A stretch of DNA of 63,421 nt, counting the filler, from Dicyema japonicum (lineage: Eukaryota; Animalia; Dicyemida): NCBI GenBank assembly GCA_011109175.1. It is 12 parts of 11 records of this genome, joined end to end, with 100 filler letters (N's around TTAATTAATTAA, not from the genome) between each part and the next. Parts side by side here need not be neighbours in the genome. Positions count along the whole stretch, not along the records: positions 26,111 to 28,166 come from RDEW01000376.1; positions 28,267 to 29,895 come from RDEW01000082.1; positions 29,996 to 38,449 come from RDEW01000010.1; positions 38,550 to 41,309 come from RDEW01000034.1; 8 more parts are not named here. One strand, given 5' to 3'. Position numbers and translations under genes: made by a program. Below the pieces are notes generated by a model. The model ran no database searches. It was not told where the DNA came from and worked only from the letters and a program-made list of their open reading frames with translations. This document shows positions 26,111 through 38,866 of this stretch, in pieces; the stretch's first letter is position 1, and each line of letters starts with the position of its first letter.

Positions 26111-28166
26111 TGGCATTTATTACATACTAGAAATAACAATATCTTTAGTGTAGTATCTTCCCCATTAAAGAAGAACGCATCTTTACACAGCACATGTTAT
26201 AGAATACCTCGCAGACAACTAATATAGTTACACTAACGTGTTGGACGTAACACCACGATCTATTAAGATATATTAATAGTTACTCTTCTCTGTTAGCAAA
26301 CACAGTACCAATAGCAAATATACTATAATATAGATATAGCCCTGTGATTAGTATAATCCCTTTATAAGGTACCTTCTCTAATTAAAGAACGATAGGTAAT
26401 CTGTCATAGTATGCTTACAACTCAGACACAGAGTATCATAGGTCACACTTCCATAAAAGATACAGTTGCTCTTGCTATATAACAGTGTATAACACCCATA
26501 GACAGTATCACACTCTCTTACACTCTCCCGGACAAACTCATAATTAAGAGTAGTTATAAGCAACTCTCACTACCAGCTTAGCCCAACCACTGATAATAGA
26601 TAGTATAGGAATAGAGTCCCTTCTCATAATAAGATAGCATGCTACTACTACACAGGACGTAGATGGTGTCACTAACAGTGAATATACATTCTAACTACTT
26701 CACAGTACAATTACCACATGCTATTAAACATATAGTTAACTCTCCGTAAAGAGAATAGTATCCCCAAAGTTATGGGTAAATCAAAAGATAAATGATGGCA
26801 TTTATTACATACTAGAAATAACAATATCTTTAGTGTAGTATCTTCCCCATTAAAGAAGAACGCATCTTTATACAGCACATGTTATAGAATACCTCGCAGA
26901 CAACTAATATAGTTACACTAACGTGTTGGACGTAACACCACGATCTATTAAGATATATTAATAGTTACTCTTCTCTGTTAGCAAACACAGTACCAATAGC
27001 AAATATACTATAATATAGATATAGCTCTGTGATTAGTATAATCCCTTTATAAGGTACCTTCTCTAATTAAAGAACGATAGGTAATCTGTCATAGTATGCT
27101 TACAACTCAGACACAGAGTATCATAGGTCACACTTCCATAAAAGATACAGTTGCTCTTACTATATAACAGTGTATAACACCCATAGACAGTATCACACTC
27201 TCTTACACTCTCCCAGACAAACTCATAATTAAGAGTAGTTATAAGCAACTCTCACTACCAGCTTAGCCCAACCACTGATAATAGATAGTATAGGAATAGA
27301 GTCCCTTCTCATAATAAGATAGCATGCTACTACTACACAGGACGTAGATGGTGTCACTAACAGTGAATATACATTCTAACTACTTCACAGCACAATTACC
27401 ACATGCTATTAAACATATAGTTAACTCTCCGTAAAGAGAATAGTATCCCCAAAGTTATGGGTAAATCAAAAGATAAATGATGGCATTTATTACATACTAG
27501 AAATAACAATATCTTTAGTGTAGCATCTTCCCCATTAAAGAAGAACGCATCTTTATACAGCACATGTTATAGAATACCTCGCAGACAACTAATATAGTTA
27601 CACTAACGTGTTGGACGTAACACCACGATCTATTAAGATATATTAATAGTTACTCTTCTCTGTTAGCAAACACAGTACCAATAGCAAATATACTATAATA
27701 TAGATATAGCTCTGTGATTAGTATAATCCCTTTATAAGGTACCTTCTCTAATTAAAGAACGATAGGTAATCTGTCATAGTATGCTTACAACTCAGACACA
27801 GAGTATCATAGGTCACACTTCCATAAAAGATACAGTTGCTCTTACTATATAACAGTGTATAACACCCATAGACAGTATCACACTCTCTTACACTCTCCCA
27901 GACAAACTCATAATTAAGAGTAGTTATAAGCAACTCTCACTACCAGCTTAGCCCAACCACTGATAATAGATAGTATAGGAATAGAGTCCCTTCTCATAAT
28001 AAGATAGCATGCTACTACTACACAGGACGTAGATGGTGTCACTAACAGTGAATATACATTCTAACTACTTCACAGCACAATTACCACATGCTATTAAACA
28101 TATAGTTAACTCTCCGTAAAGAGAATAGTATCCCCAAAGTTATGGGTAAATCAAAAGATAAATGAT
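26111..28166. repeat. 685-bp tandem repeat, 3 units filling a whole contig
   Basis: Units start at 26111, 26796 and 27481. Six variable sites, all transitions. Bounded by N gaps on both sides. Confidence 0.97.
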
Positions 28167-28362
28167 NNNNNNNNNNNNNNNNNNNNNNNNNNNNNNNNNN
28201 NNNNNNNNNNTTAATTAATTAANNNNNNNNNNNNNNNNNNNNNNNNNNNNNNNNNNNNNNNNNNNNCTAACTAACTAACTAGGGTAGGATGGTAGAAATA
28301 TAATAGCTACAATATATACTTAATTTATGATTTAGAGTTATTTAATAAATTTAAATAAATAA

Positions 28363-29542
28363 ATGTCATTTCAAAGTGCGTTTTTAATGAGGGTAGTAAT
28401 AACAGGAGCAAACAGGTAAAGTAAATTAATTAAAATTAAGTGGAATTGGTTATTCAACTGCAGAACTTCTTTCTGATACATGCTCTCCTTTGCATTTAAT
28501 ATTGGCTTGCAGAAATGAGGCTCGTGGTCTCCAGGCCCTCAATTCGTTAAAAGAAAAATTTACAAACTGCTACTTTGATCTCATTTTAATGGATATTAGT
28601 TCACTTAATTCAATTCTGAAAGCATCTCAGGAAATAAAGCAAAAGTATCTTATGATCATTCCCTAGACTTGGGCACGTGGATGTTCTTATTTGTAACGCC
28701 GGAGTCATGGGAACTTGTCATGTTGTATGGAGCTACTTTTTTAAAACTTTATTTTCTCGGTAACTCTATTTTATTAAAAAGTGACGTTTTTAACATGTTT
28801 TCGACTGGCCACGGTCTCCTCTGTCAGGAAGACCGGTTAACATCCGACGGTATGCGGGAGATTTTTGCCACAAACGTTTTTGGTCATTTTCAGCTAATCC
28901 TTTCCCTTGTGGATCTCATGGGAGGAGATGAACTTTCGAGAATAGTCTGGACATCTTCTTCGAATGCCAACAAAAGTGAATTTGCTTTCAACGACATCCA
29001 ATTTGAAAACACGTTGGTTTAAGTAATATTTTCAGCCGACAACCGTACTCCGCCTCCAAATATGCCGTGGACCTATTGAGTACCGCTATTAACTTGCATT
29101 TCCGTGAATCCCATGTTGGTTTTTCACTGAATCGCATTCTTAGAACATATTTTCTGTTGTTGGAAATCCTGGAATGGTTGTGACGCCGATGACCTTGGGA
29201 ATAATGCCAATGTCATTTTGGTCCCTTTTCCATCCTATTCTGTGCTTGGTAAGGGATTGGTTGTGAGCAGATGAGACCTCTAGTTCCTGAGTTGACGATG
29301 TCTCCTGAGAACGCTGCTCAGATGCTCAAATATTTGTCTGTAGATAAGAATGTTGACACATGGGACTTTTCCGCCAAGTATCACTGCTCAACTAGCATCG
29401 CCGGTTCAGTTTCTGTGCTGAAGATTTGTGTATATGATTTTCTTGTTAACTTTCTTAGAACGAAGACTCCTCATTTCGTAATGACGCTTTGAAATACTAC
29501 TCAATTCTTGAACAGTTCCTGTACTCTGTAACAATTGACTAA
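28363..29542 (+). CDS. HSD17B7: 3-ketosteroid reductase / 17-beta-hydroxysteroid dehydrogenase 7 (SDR), 8 exons, 335 aa
   Basis: Exons 28363-28415, 28441-28644, 28667-28759, 28782-29012, 29036-29114, 29144-29248, 29271-29429, 29459-29542. Introns 25/22/22/23/29/22/29 nt give a clean ORF. TGANSGIG, ILACRN, NAGVM, MFSTGHGLLCQEDRLTSDG, FATNVFGHF, WTSS and PYSASKYAVDLLS (YxxxK) follow HSD17B7 as I recall it. Confidence 0.93.
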
Positions 29543-30029
29543 GAGTTATTTATATGATGGATTTTTTATTTTTTGTGTGTTTTGAAGCTTTATTTCCCAG
29601 TTTAGGTCAAGTAATCTTTGTTATCTCTTTTTAAGCCATATAGAATGAATTTTCTTCGCAGATTGTCAACATGGATAAAATTGTTTTCCAATTTTGCAAT
29701 TATTTGTCGGTTATTTGTTCATTATGGCCTGGAGGCATTGATAACGTAATGGGAGTTATTATTTTGCAAAACGCAACTAAAAGAAAGTTATCTAGTCGCT
29801 TCTGCAACACCGTGGACAATTTTTCACGTTAGATTCCTCCACGCTTTCCTTGAGAAGGCGATTTTTCGGATGAAGTCTAGGTCGTCTGCATTTTCNNNNN
29901 NNNNNNNNNNNNNNNNNNNNNNNNNNNNNNNNNNNNNNNTTAATTAATTAANNNNNNNNNNNNNNNNNNNNNNNNNNNNNNNNNNNNNNNNNNNNCCATT
30001 GGTCATGACAAAGATTGTGCAGCAGAGGA

Positions 30030-32430
30030 AATAATAAGATTTATTAATTTCTTCCATTTCCCCCTGTCCTGGGCAACATCCCGTAAGGCGTCGAGGTCGT
30101 CTCTCGTCTTTTAGTTGTTTCCCCAATCTCCGAGGGTCTCTATCCAGCGTAACTGGGAGAGTATTTTTCGGATGTCCCTTGAAACGAAGTCCGTCAGCTT
30201 CGAAATAGTCTTCCATGGAAGTATTTGCTGGTGTCTCCAAATCCATTCTTAGAGTGTGTCAGAATAGTCTCCAGCTGCATGCCGTATTTCTAGTGAGATA
30301 GGTTTGCTTGATGTCCTGGTATAAACTATTTTGCTTCTGAGCCTTGAATGCTATGCCGAGGCTTGAGTACGTCGAAGCTGATCTCTATGGAACAAGTCTA
30401 GATTGTGATTATCCGTATCAGAAAGTCCCACGTTGTTTCAAATGGCTTAGAGCACATGTCCCGTACCCTGACCGATAAGTAAGTTTTTGATAAAAGTACC
30501 CCGACCATCCGGGTAGAAGATTCGTCAAGGAATTCTGCGAGGACATCCATCAATTTCTGACGATTGATTGAGTCAAAGCTCTTGAAATATCGATTCAAAG
30601 AATGTTTGTCGTATTTTTGAACTTGAGTAGTGGAACAACGCCATCTATAGCTCAACACAATGTCAGAAGTCGACCTTCCTTCTCAAATGCCGCTGTGGAA
30701 CTCGGATAAAAATTGTTCCGTACGAGGCTTTATCTTTTGTAGAGTAATAATTGTAGGCACTTTCCGTACAGTGTTCATAAGAATTACTGGTCTAAGTTTC
30801 TCCACTTTTCCCTTAGCTTTGTTCTGTTTTTTGACAGGGACCAGTATTCTTTGTCCAAGAGGTAAGTGGTTGCTCGTTTTAAACATTCCATTGAAGAGGT
30901 TCGCAATGAGGGTATGTAGGTTTTCACTTCAATACTTTAGTAGCTCTGGTTCTAGCCTATCTGGTCCTGGACTTTTGTTGTTTTTAAGCTTAAGACAGGC
31001 TTTCGCACTTTTGCGGGGGTTATTTTCACCTCCAAATTCCTGGAATGAACAATAAATGCTGCAATTCTGTTGCTGTCTGACTTAAACAATTTCTTGAATT
31101 GACAGGCAATTAATTCTGCAGAGTCTGCTATCCGTCTGCCATTTTCGTCGTTAATGATTAGAGGTTGTCTGAGTTTGCACCCACGAAGTAATCTGATCGC
31201 CTCATAGTACTTTCCATTGTCCTTCAGATTTTCAAGTGCTTTCAGTCTCGTTTCTTGACATAGTGGAAACATACTTTCAGATTTTCTTCTTGATATTTGT
31301 TCTTTCACGAATAAGCTCCTCTTTGATATGCTTGTCTTCAGTGTTTAAGTATTCAAGCCAAATAGATTTTTGTTTCTGATATATTTGTTGTCCCCATTGA
31401 TAATGTGCTGACCATTTATGTGTCTAGAAGCTGTTTGTCCGCTGCCCCTCGTATTGATTCTTGCAGTTGTTTCTAGACTTTGGGGATTTCTTGATTTGTT
31501 TTTACACTGCTCATCTTCATTTCGAGGCATCTCCTGTAGTCAACCCTCTTTTGTTGTAATGATAGTCAGTTTGAATAAAGTTTTCTCCTGTTATGTGTAT
31601 CGTGTGGTCCTTTGGTATTTATTTTCTTCTTGGTTAGGTGTCAGTGATATTCTGGCGGTGACCACTATTTGGTCACTGTCAATATTCGACTCACTATATG
31701 ACCTTGCGTTGGTGAAGAGTTTTATCTTTGGCTCGACAGATTATATAGTCAATCTGATTGTAGATGTTTATAAATTCACCACAAGATTTCTTCCTACACC
31801 CTGTCCAGGTAGTTTTGTGTCTTGCGGGGTGCATGAATGCAGTGTTACAGAGGAATAGTCCGTTTGCCTGACAGTAGTTAGCAAGTAGTGTTCCTGCAAC
31901 GTTCCTTATTCCTCTTCCATGTCTTCCCATAAATGTTTCATCCGGGTCTCTTTGTATTCCCACTTTTGCGTTAAGGTCGCCAGCGATGACAGTAATCGAC
32001 AAGTGTGAAAGTTCAGAGTAAACTTCAGAGAGACAGGAATAGAACAGATCTATCTCAGTAGGGTCTTTTTCAATCCATCCACTGTGGGGTGCGTACACGT
32101 TTATGATGGATAGTAAACTTTTAGAAGGGCAAAGCTTGTTTATGCAAATCTGAAGTAAACAAATTCGGTCGTTTATGCTCCAATAGCGGTGAATCATTGG
32201 TCTCAGCTCTTTCTTTATCACAAATCCTTGGCCAAAGTGTCTGCTTTCACTTCGAAATGAGATGAAATGATAGCCCAATAGCTCTCTTCTAGCCCATAGT
32301 GCAGTTTTGTTTCTTGCAAGCATCCAACTGTAACTTTTTATTTTAGCAGATCGTCGCATAGTGCTGTTCTCTTCCATGATTGTGTGAACCCTCTGACATT
32401 AAATGTGAATAGCTAGAAAGATGAATTTAC
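30030..32430 (-). mobile_element. RTE non-LTR retrotransposon, near full-length but degenerate
   Basis: TFNVRG, NVYAPH, IAGDLNAKVG, QIDYII (APE); RPVILMNTVRK, KSFDSINR (RT); C-terminal FKGHPKNTLP. AT-rich tail at ~30030. Confidence 0.92.
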
Positions 32431-32499
32431 GAGTTTCCTTTACTTTTCAGATATATTGTAAAGAGCCACGTCACCAGCTCAACCAAAAACGTTCTGTTG

Positions 32500-32752
32500 A
32501 TGAAAAAATTAAATTAAAATAATTCTAAAGACCAAGGATAACAAAACTAACTCTTTGATCCTGACTCGTTCCAGCGTTCCAGAACTTGTCTCCAGATAAC
32601 GACATTGTCCCCGGGGAAAGAATAGTGGATCCTCTTAATGCCGACCGGGCATTGGGCGTTTTCTCTGTGAGGTGAATCCAATGACGCCATCAAAGGGAAG
32701 GAAAATAATTTTTGATTTACTAGCCACATAGCACCACTTGGCGCCACGCGGC
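32500..32752 (-). mobile_element. Structured leader/SINE-like element immediately 5' of the RTE ORF
   Basis: GCCGCGTGGCGCCAAGTGG head and AATGCC-CGGTC-GGCATT hairpin. Homologous to three other copies in the window. Confidence 0.7.
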
Positions 32753-32999
32753 AACGTTTAGAATGGAAGATCCACCATTATTGGTTATTGTATAGATTCC
32801 AATATTATTTAAGCCAAAACTGTCGACAACCCATCTAATCTCCCTACTCAGTTTATTGCCAAAGGATTCAACATACCCAGACGTCACCAATGTACTGTGA
32901 TGCGTTCGTTGGATGTACAGAAGGCCCTTTATTCTGTGTCAAATACATTCATACTAATTATTCGACACCAAAATTAACCCAAAAATAAAGTTGTGGATT

Positions 33000-33290
33000 G
33001 TGAATATGATGATTATTATTATTAACCCCAGGCTTACAATAGTAAGCCCAGAACAGTCATAACTAATTAATCCAAGGAAGGAACCAAAGGGAGAACATCT
33101 GCTTGTGCCGACCAAATCCATCTTCCAATATTTCATTACAGTCTTCCGCTTCCGAAGAGAGGTGAGAAGTAGGTCTGCCTCTTCTATTACGTCGCACGTC
33201 CTACCGTCGCGGACATAAAAAAGAAAGAAACAGTCTTCACAGATTCTTCCGGGACAAAACCCCACTGCTCCGGAATCAGAGAATCATTCT
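33000..33290 (+). pseudogene. Fragment of an unidentified spliced gene family (paralog of 39.0-39.8 kb and 40.1-40.8 kb)
   Basis: INPRLTI | 35-nt GT-AG intron 33042-33076 | ...ACADQIHLPIFHYSLP...VARPTVADI. In-frame stop present. Confidence 0.45.
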
Positions 33291-33869
33291 TCTCTATATG
33301 TCTGCATATGTACCTGGTTAAAGTCATATGTACCTGTATTAGCGACATTTTCCATAAGTATAATTTTTATATCTCTACAATTATAACAGTTATGCTAATT
33401 AATCCAAGGTCACAAAAATATCGAAAGTGTTCTTACTTCTTGTTTTTTTATTTTTTTCTTGCGTGTGAGTTTATAAGACAATCAGTTACAAAGTGATAAA
33501 TCACTGATGAGAGCGTCACTTGTTAATCCCAGAAGCATCGCAGATGCATAGAAGCTCAGACCGAAATGGGCAGAGATTCTAACCCGGAACCATCTTGATT
33601 TGGTCGTGCATTTATTAAATTTGCGCCATCCGGTAAACTTTTTTTAACTTTATAAAAACATATTGTTCATCTTTAAAGTGCAATCACTTTTTATAACTCA
33701 ATAAAATCATATTGTTCACATTTAAAATATAGACAGAAAATCAATATCTGAGAGTTGAATTCAGTTAGTACAACGAACTCACTCTAAATTTAATAACCAT
33801 AATAAAACATTAATGACGTTAGTGATATTTAACCACGTCAACGCAAATGATGCGTTTAATGGTTAATTT

Positions 33870-34270
33870 TTTAATAACCATGCTGCTGTAAAAAATCGAG
33901 TGGACTCGGGACTCTGTTATCCATGCTGGAACCCACCGGCCTGGATAGAGAATATTAAAAACGGCCAGATAAAATTAAATTTTTTTATGTTAGAGGAAGG
34001 GAAACCAATTGTGTGGAATGCTACCTGTATCTACTCTATATCTCCTACCAGGTTCACCGGAAAAATGATAAAGATATCATTCGTCTTATAAAAGGTGAAA
34101 AAGAAATACCATTGGCTCTTCAATCGATTCACGGTTGCGTACAAGTGCTGTCGAAAATTTTTTCTTCAAGAGCCTAGGATGTCTAGTTACATTCGAAAGC
34201 CATGATGTCAGTGAAATTCAATGGATTTTCCAGTTGATCTTTATTGCTATCGTAAGAAGCATTAATTATT
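33870..34270 (+). mobile_element. CRE-like REL endonuclease fragment
   Basis: LEPTGLDRE..KRPD, EGKPIVWNATC, VTFESH. Confidence 0.65.
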
Positions 34271-34472
34271 CAATATCTATTCCCATTTTAGCTATTCTTC
34301 GACGGACGGAATCATTTTAGGTGGCATTTTTCCCGTAATCTCCGAAGATTCGCCATTTTATGACACCTGAAATTTATTCCACGTTTATTTATTTATCACG
34401 CTTTTTAATATTTAATATTAGCCATCTGAAAACTATTAATAATTGATTTTTATTTAATTAAATAATAACGTT

Positions 34473-34705
34473 CGCGTGGCGCCATGTGCTGCTACGTGGA
34501 TTGTATGTCAAAATTATTTTCCTTCCTTCCGATGGGGTAACTGGGTCCACCTTACTGAGGAGGCGCCCAATGCCTGACCGGCATCAAGAAGATACAACAA
34601 TTCTTACCTGGTGAAAGTTCTGGAATGCTGGAACGAGTCAGGATCGAGGAGTTAGCTAGTTTGGTTACGGTTGGTCTTTGGAAATAATTTTAATTTAATT
34701 TCTAA
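34473..34705 (+). mobile_element. Solo copy of the structured leader/SINE-like element
   Basis: CGCGTGGCGCCATGTG...CCCAATGCCTGACCGGCATCAAG...GTTCTGGAATGCTGGAACGAGTCAGGATC. Colinear with the reverse complement of 32500-32752. Confidence 0.8.
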
Positions 34706-35759
34706 ATTCCATCACCCAAAAATATAAAACCCCTAGGTTGAGAAACAATGAATGTGCAATTTTTGTTAAACAATTTCTATCAGTTGTTTCTTTTTCGTGC
34801 AACTGTGGGAGTGTTGTCGCTTATTATCTCCATATATTACTACCTTTTTGAACATTCTAATAGGGAGTCATGTAAATAGCTTTCACTAACATTAGAACAT
34901 CAAGCATAGACCTACGAATTCAATTGATACAATTTTGATTTTTTCGTGGAGTATTAGTCCAATTTCTGCAAAAATATTTCTTACATTTAACACGCTGAAG
35001 GTATTACTCCCACTTTAACTAAAAGTATTTTATTCTTCTTGTTCTCAAAAATATATGAATCTATATAAAAAAGATCATTAGCATGACTTCTCATTTTTTA
35101 ATTTGAGATTTACCTATGCTGAGGTTTGAGTAATGGAAACATTACTATTCTCGCCTGATTTAAATATTTTTTTAGCTCATCCTGGTATTTAACATTCGTC
35201 AATTCAAAGAATAGTAAATCTCTAATTTCTTATTTTTCTTAGTTTTAGGTTTTCATAGCTGTCCACAAAGACTTTTTATTGTCCAATAAATAAGATCATA
35301 TTGGTACTTAGGTATTTTTTAAATGAAAATTTAACAAAATATTGATAAATACAAAAATATAGTCATTGCAATAATTTCTTTCGAATTCTTGATAATATGA
35401 TGCTAGGATAAAGTTCGCAGGATTGACCAACATCACTCAACTCACCATATACAGAAGAACCCAGGGCAATTGCAATATTAGAAAGCTGTGATACTACGTT
35501 GTCTGTTTGTGAGACAGAAGGATAATTCAGATCCCGATCATTTCCATGGTTATTATAAAACTAATTCAAAAATTTAAATGTAATTTAATACTTTATATCT
35601 TCTGCTATGTGCCATAAACTTGACAACTAAGAAAATATCTTATTTACATAAAACCTTCATTAGTGATGCTATCCAAATATATCTTGCTAGCATCTGATGG
35701 AATCCAATTTTCATTATTTTTCTTAAAAATTATTAAAATGCAAACAAAAAACGCCTGAA

Positions 35760-36276
35760 GAGAAATCTCTACTTTATCATCGGCCACATAAATAGGGTCT
35801 TTATTCTGCTCAAGAAGAGACTTTCATATAAATAATAATAACCTGATCAATTTGTTTCCCACTAATTTTCATATCAAGAAGACAAGCCTTACACNCCCGA
35901 CATTTATAATAAAAGTTTTTTATTTTTATTTATTGTAAAGATGATGAGTACCAATTTAAATTTGAGAGGATGAATTTGCAGTCTTCATATTATAGAAGAA
36001 TAAATAGGAAGATGGGAGTCCATCGATCAAAATATGAGTTAGATGTTGGAGATATTGTATTCTATTTTTAATTACTTAAAGGTTCGTATACAAAAAGATT
36101 ATGGGACGAATCCTTCTCTTCGATTAAAAAAATTTGAACATCCGTATGGGGATCCAGTAACTATTGTCGAGAAAGTGTCTAACAATTTTGTCAAAGTCGA
36201 AGATAGTGCTGGGTCTATTAAGAAAGTTCATTCAAGGCGACTAAAAAAATTCAAGACAACTTTAAATAATGGTTAA
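35760..36276 (+). mobile_element. Gypsy-like integrase C-terminal remnant
   Basis: KFEHPYGDPVTIVEKVSNNFVKV...KKVHSRRLKKF resembles the GPY/F module. Upstream frames are broken. Confidence 0.5.
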
Positions 36277-36589
36277 TTATCATTTGTTAATTGTCAATAA
36301 TTGACCTTAGTTAACTTTGATGTAATAGATAATTTTTATTTTTGACAATCATTGACATTGATGGGATCGGCTCGCAGCGCTCGTGACATAACCGAAGGAA
36401 CGAAAACGAAGCTGAAGAAAAGAAAGCTCAGCTTAAGGTAATTAATTTAAACTGTTTTTTCTTAACTTGACATGCTGTTGCCTCCTTCTCCTTTGCGTGC
36501 CGCTTTTATCGCTGCTGCTTCTCTGATTGCTGCTTAATGTGATAGTTATGTATTTAATTTAAACTCCCCTAACCCGGAATTACAAAATA

Positions 36590-37016
36590 AATACAAAGAT
36601 AGGCGTTCCAGTGGTTTTATTACGAAATCTTTCGCCACCTAAATTATGCAACGGAACGAGGTTAGTTATCAAAAATTTGATGGCTAACGTAATAGAAGCG
36701 ACGATATTAACAGGTAAGTATAGAGGTAGGATGTATATATCCCACGAATTCCGATTATTTCTGATAAATTACCGTTTAGATTTAAAAGGCTTTTCACATG
36801 GACAGCTGTATATGGGATGCTCAAGGGTAGGCAGAAGAGAAAATTTATTCATATATGCCAAGGACGGACGACAAACATCGTTTATCAACAGGCGTTAGAA
36901 TAGGGTTACATCAAACCAGGTCGTTTTATATATCTACATAAACTTATAGTTGTTTGATGAAACAGGCCCTCCGCAGGAGCTAGGTTCGCGGTGAGCGAAG
37001 CGAGCTGCTGAGCTAG
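36590..37016 (+). mobile_element. Helitron 3' end (PIF1-like helicase C-terminus and terminus)
   Basis: VVLLRNLSPPKLCNGTRLVIK, FSHGQLYMGCSRVG. Hairpin TTCGC-GGTGA-GCGAA, then CTAG (37013-37016) followed by T. Confidence 0.9.
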
Positions 37017-38614
37017 TAAACTATAATTCTATTCGTGCCGCGTCTGGACAATCCTTTTAATTAGCCTTTTCCATCCCCTCCTGTCCGATGCCAAAGTGCC
37101 GCAGACTACTAAGGTCTTCACCGTCCTCCTCTAACATTCACTATTGCGTAGTTCCATCCGCTTAATTTCAAACAATATCCGTTTTCTGAACATTCAGTGA
37201 TAGACACCATTTGCCAAACAGCCTGATGCAACCTCCAAGAGACGTAAGAGTGCTTCTTTGTCAGTCGAAATAAAGTCAACATCATCGGCATGCATGATCT
37301 CATAATATCATTGTTGTAATACTTCCGGAGGTTTGTAAGATAATATAATTTACATGAAATGCAAGTTTTAATTTCATAAAATATTATAATTGTAAATGGA
37401 TTTAAAAAAAAATTTAATAATAATGAACACTTTTTTTTAATATGAAATGTTTCACTTTTCAAACACAAAAGTATTAGAAATAAATATTAAGCCCAGAACA
37501 TGATAAAAGTTAAATTTAATTAGCCTTGAGGAAATTATAATCGAATCTATTTTTGTAGTCGATAGAACAGAAATTTACAATTAATTTTTAGAGATAGTGA
37601 GTAATACTTCTCTAAATCAAAAACGAGAATCAATCTTTAACTACAGACACGATTTATCATTTTTTATCAACTAGTGTAAGTCAGTCATCAGAGATAACTG
37701 TCATTATGATGTTGGATGAAAATGTTTTGTGGGTAAAATTCAATATTTAACATGTGGTCAATCAAAGTAAAGCGTATCACTGTCGATAGTTTTAATAACC
37801 GCAAGCAGTCGTATTTATTTTCTGAAACATGAATCTTCATATATTTACTAGATATATCTGAAAATTTGTGGTTTTCGAATTAAGGTTATGTAATATTGCA
37901 TCCAATGTTATCACGAGTTACAGCTTCAAAAATAGAATATCATTTCATACTGATTAGTCCGATATGAAATCCTAATTAGTAATTAAAGAAGATATCTAAT
38001 AAGTAATTACTAACTATATCACAAAAGGTTATGACTACTCAATTACTAATTTCAGGTAAACCTAAATAACTAAATAGAAATTAATAAAAATAGAGGAAAT
38101 TTGCAAACTTTAGTTTTGATATTGAAAAAGCATTACAATTTTATTTAGTTAACCAAATTTAACCTAAGGTTACGCTATTTAATTGAGATTTTCACTCTCT
38201 GTTGTTGGAGATCTCTCTCCTCCTTTTAGGGGGAGAGTTTGCTACCAGTTCCTCATTCTCCTCGCTCTTGTAAAAGCATAACATAATAATTATTAATTAG
38301 TCAAAGGAATAATTTTAATAGTAAGAAAAACATTTGAAGAATAGGACATTCTTCACCTAACACAAAAGTATTGGAAATGAAAACTACAGTCATACAACAG
38401 AATGAATTTTTAATTCAATAAATTTTCTTTTGTTCTGATAGGTATGTTTNNNNNNNNNNNNNNNNNNNNNNNNNNNNNNNNNNNNNNNNNNNNTTAATTA
38501 ATTAANNNNNNNNNNNNNNNNNNNNNNNNNNNNNNNNNNNNNNNNNNNNTTCTCACTAACCATTTGGTTAACCGAAATGAAATCATTCTCCTTACAAATG
38601 ACTATATTTCGCGG

Positions 38615-38866
38615 TTAACATGGGATTGACTGTGTTATAAAGCAACTGTATATTCCAATGTCCCCCAATTGCGAACCATCCAAAGACAAATAACTATGAT
38701 TGCATTTACTAACGATGAATCCCAACATTCTCGATTTCCCACAAAGTTTAGCTAGATCGGAGAGATCCCTCAAATATTCTACAGTGTTGTCCAAACCCAA
38801 GTTGAGGATCTCATCAAACCCCTTCAGAACAATGTAGGCAGTTTTTTCAACGAGTAGGAGACTCAC
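38615..38866 (-). CDS. Protein-like exon(s) of an unidentified gene; weak resemblance to an ORC5 segment
   Basis: 83-codon open frame with KTAYI...LDNTVEYLRDL. Resemblance from memory only. Runs into a gap region. Confidence 0.3.
   Translation of the reverse strand: MSLLLVEKTAYIVLKGFDEILNLGLDNTVEYLRDLSDLAKLCGKSRMLGFIVSKCNHSYLSLDGSQLGDIGIYSCFITQSIPC

Noticed and set aside
26378-27933. Three copies of a 61-aa ORF (MLITTLNYEF...) as a gene or mitochondrial gene
   Set aside because: It starts at TTG just after TAG-TGA, has no recognisable motif (DTVYG resembles cox3 only superficially), and is simply a by-product of the 685-bp repeat.
7908-29035. First four introns of TPX2-like and HSD17B7 have the same lengths (25,22,22,23)
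   Set aside because: The sequences are unrelated, and with such a narrow length distribution coincidence is likely.
32720-32752. tRNA gene at GCCGCGTGGCGCCAAGTGG
   Set aside because: Only the 5' A-box-like part fits. There is no anticodon arm, T-arm GTTCRA or acceptor 3' strand.
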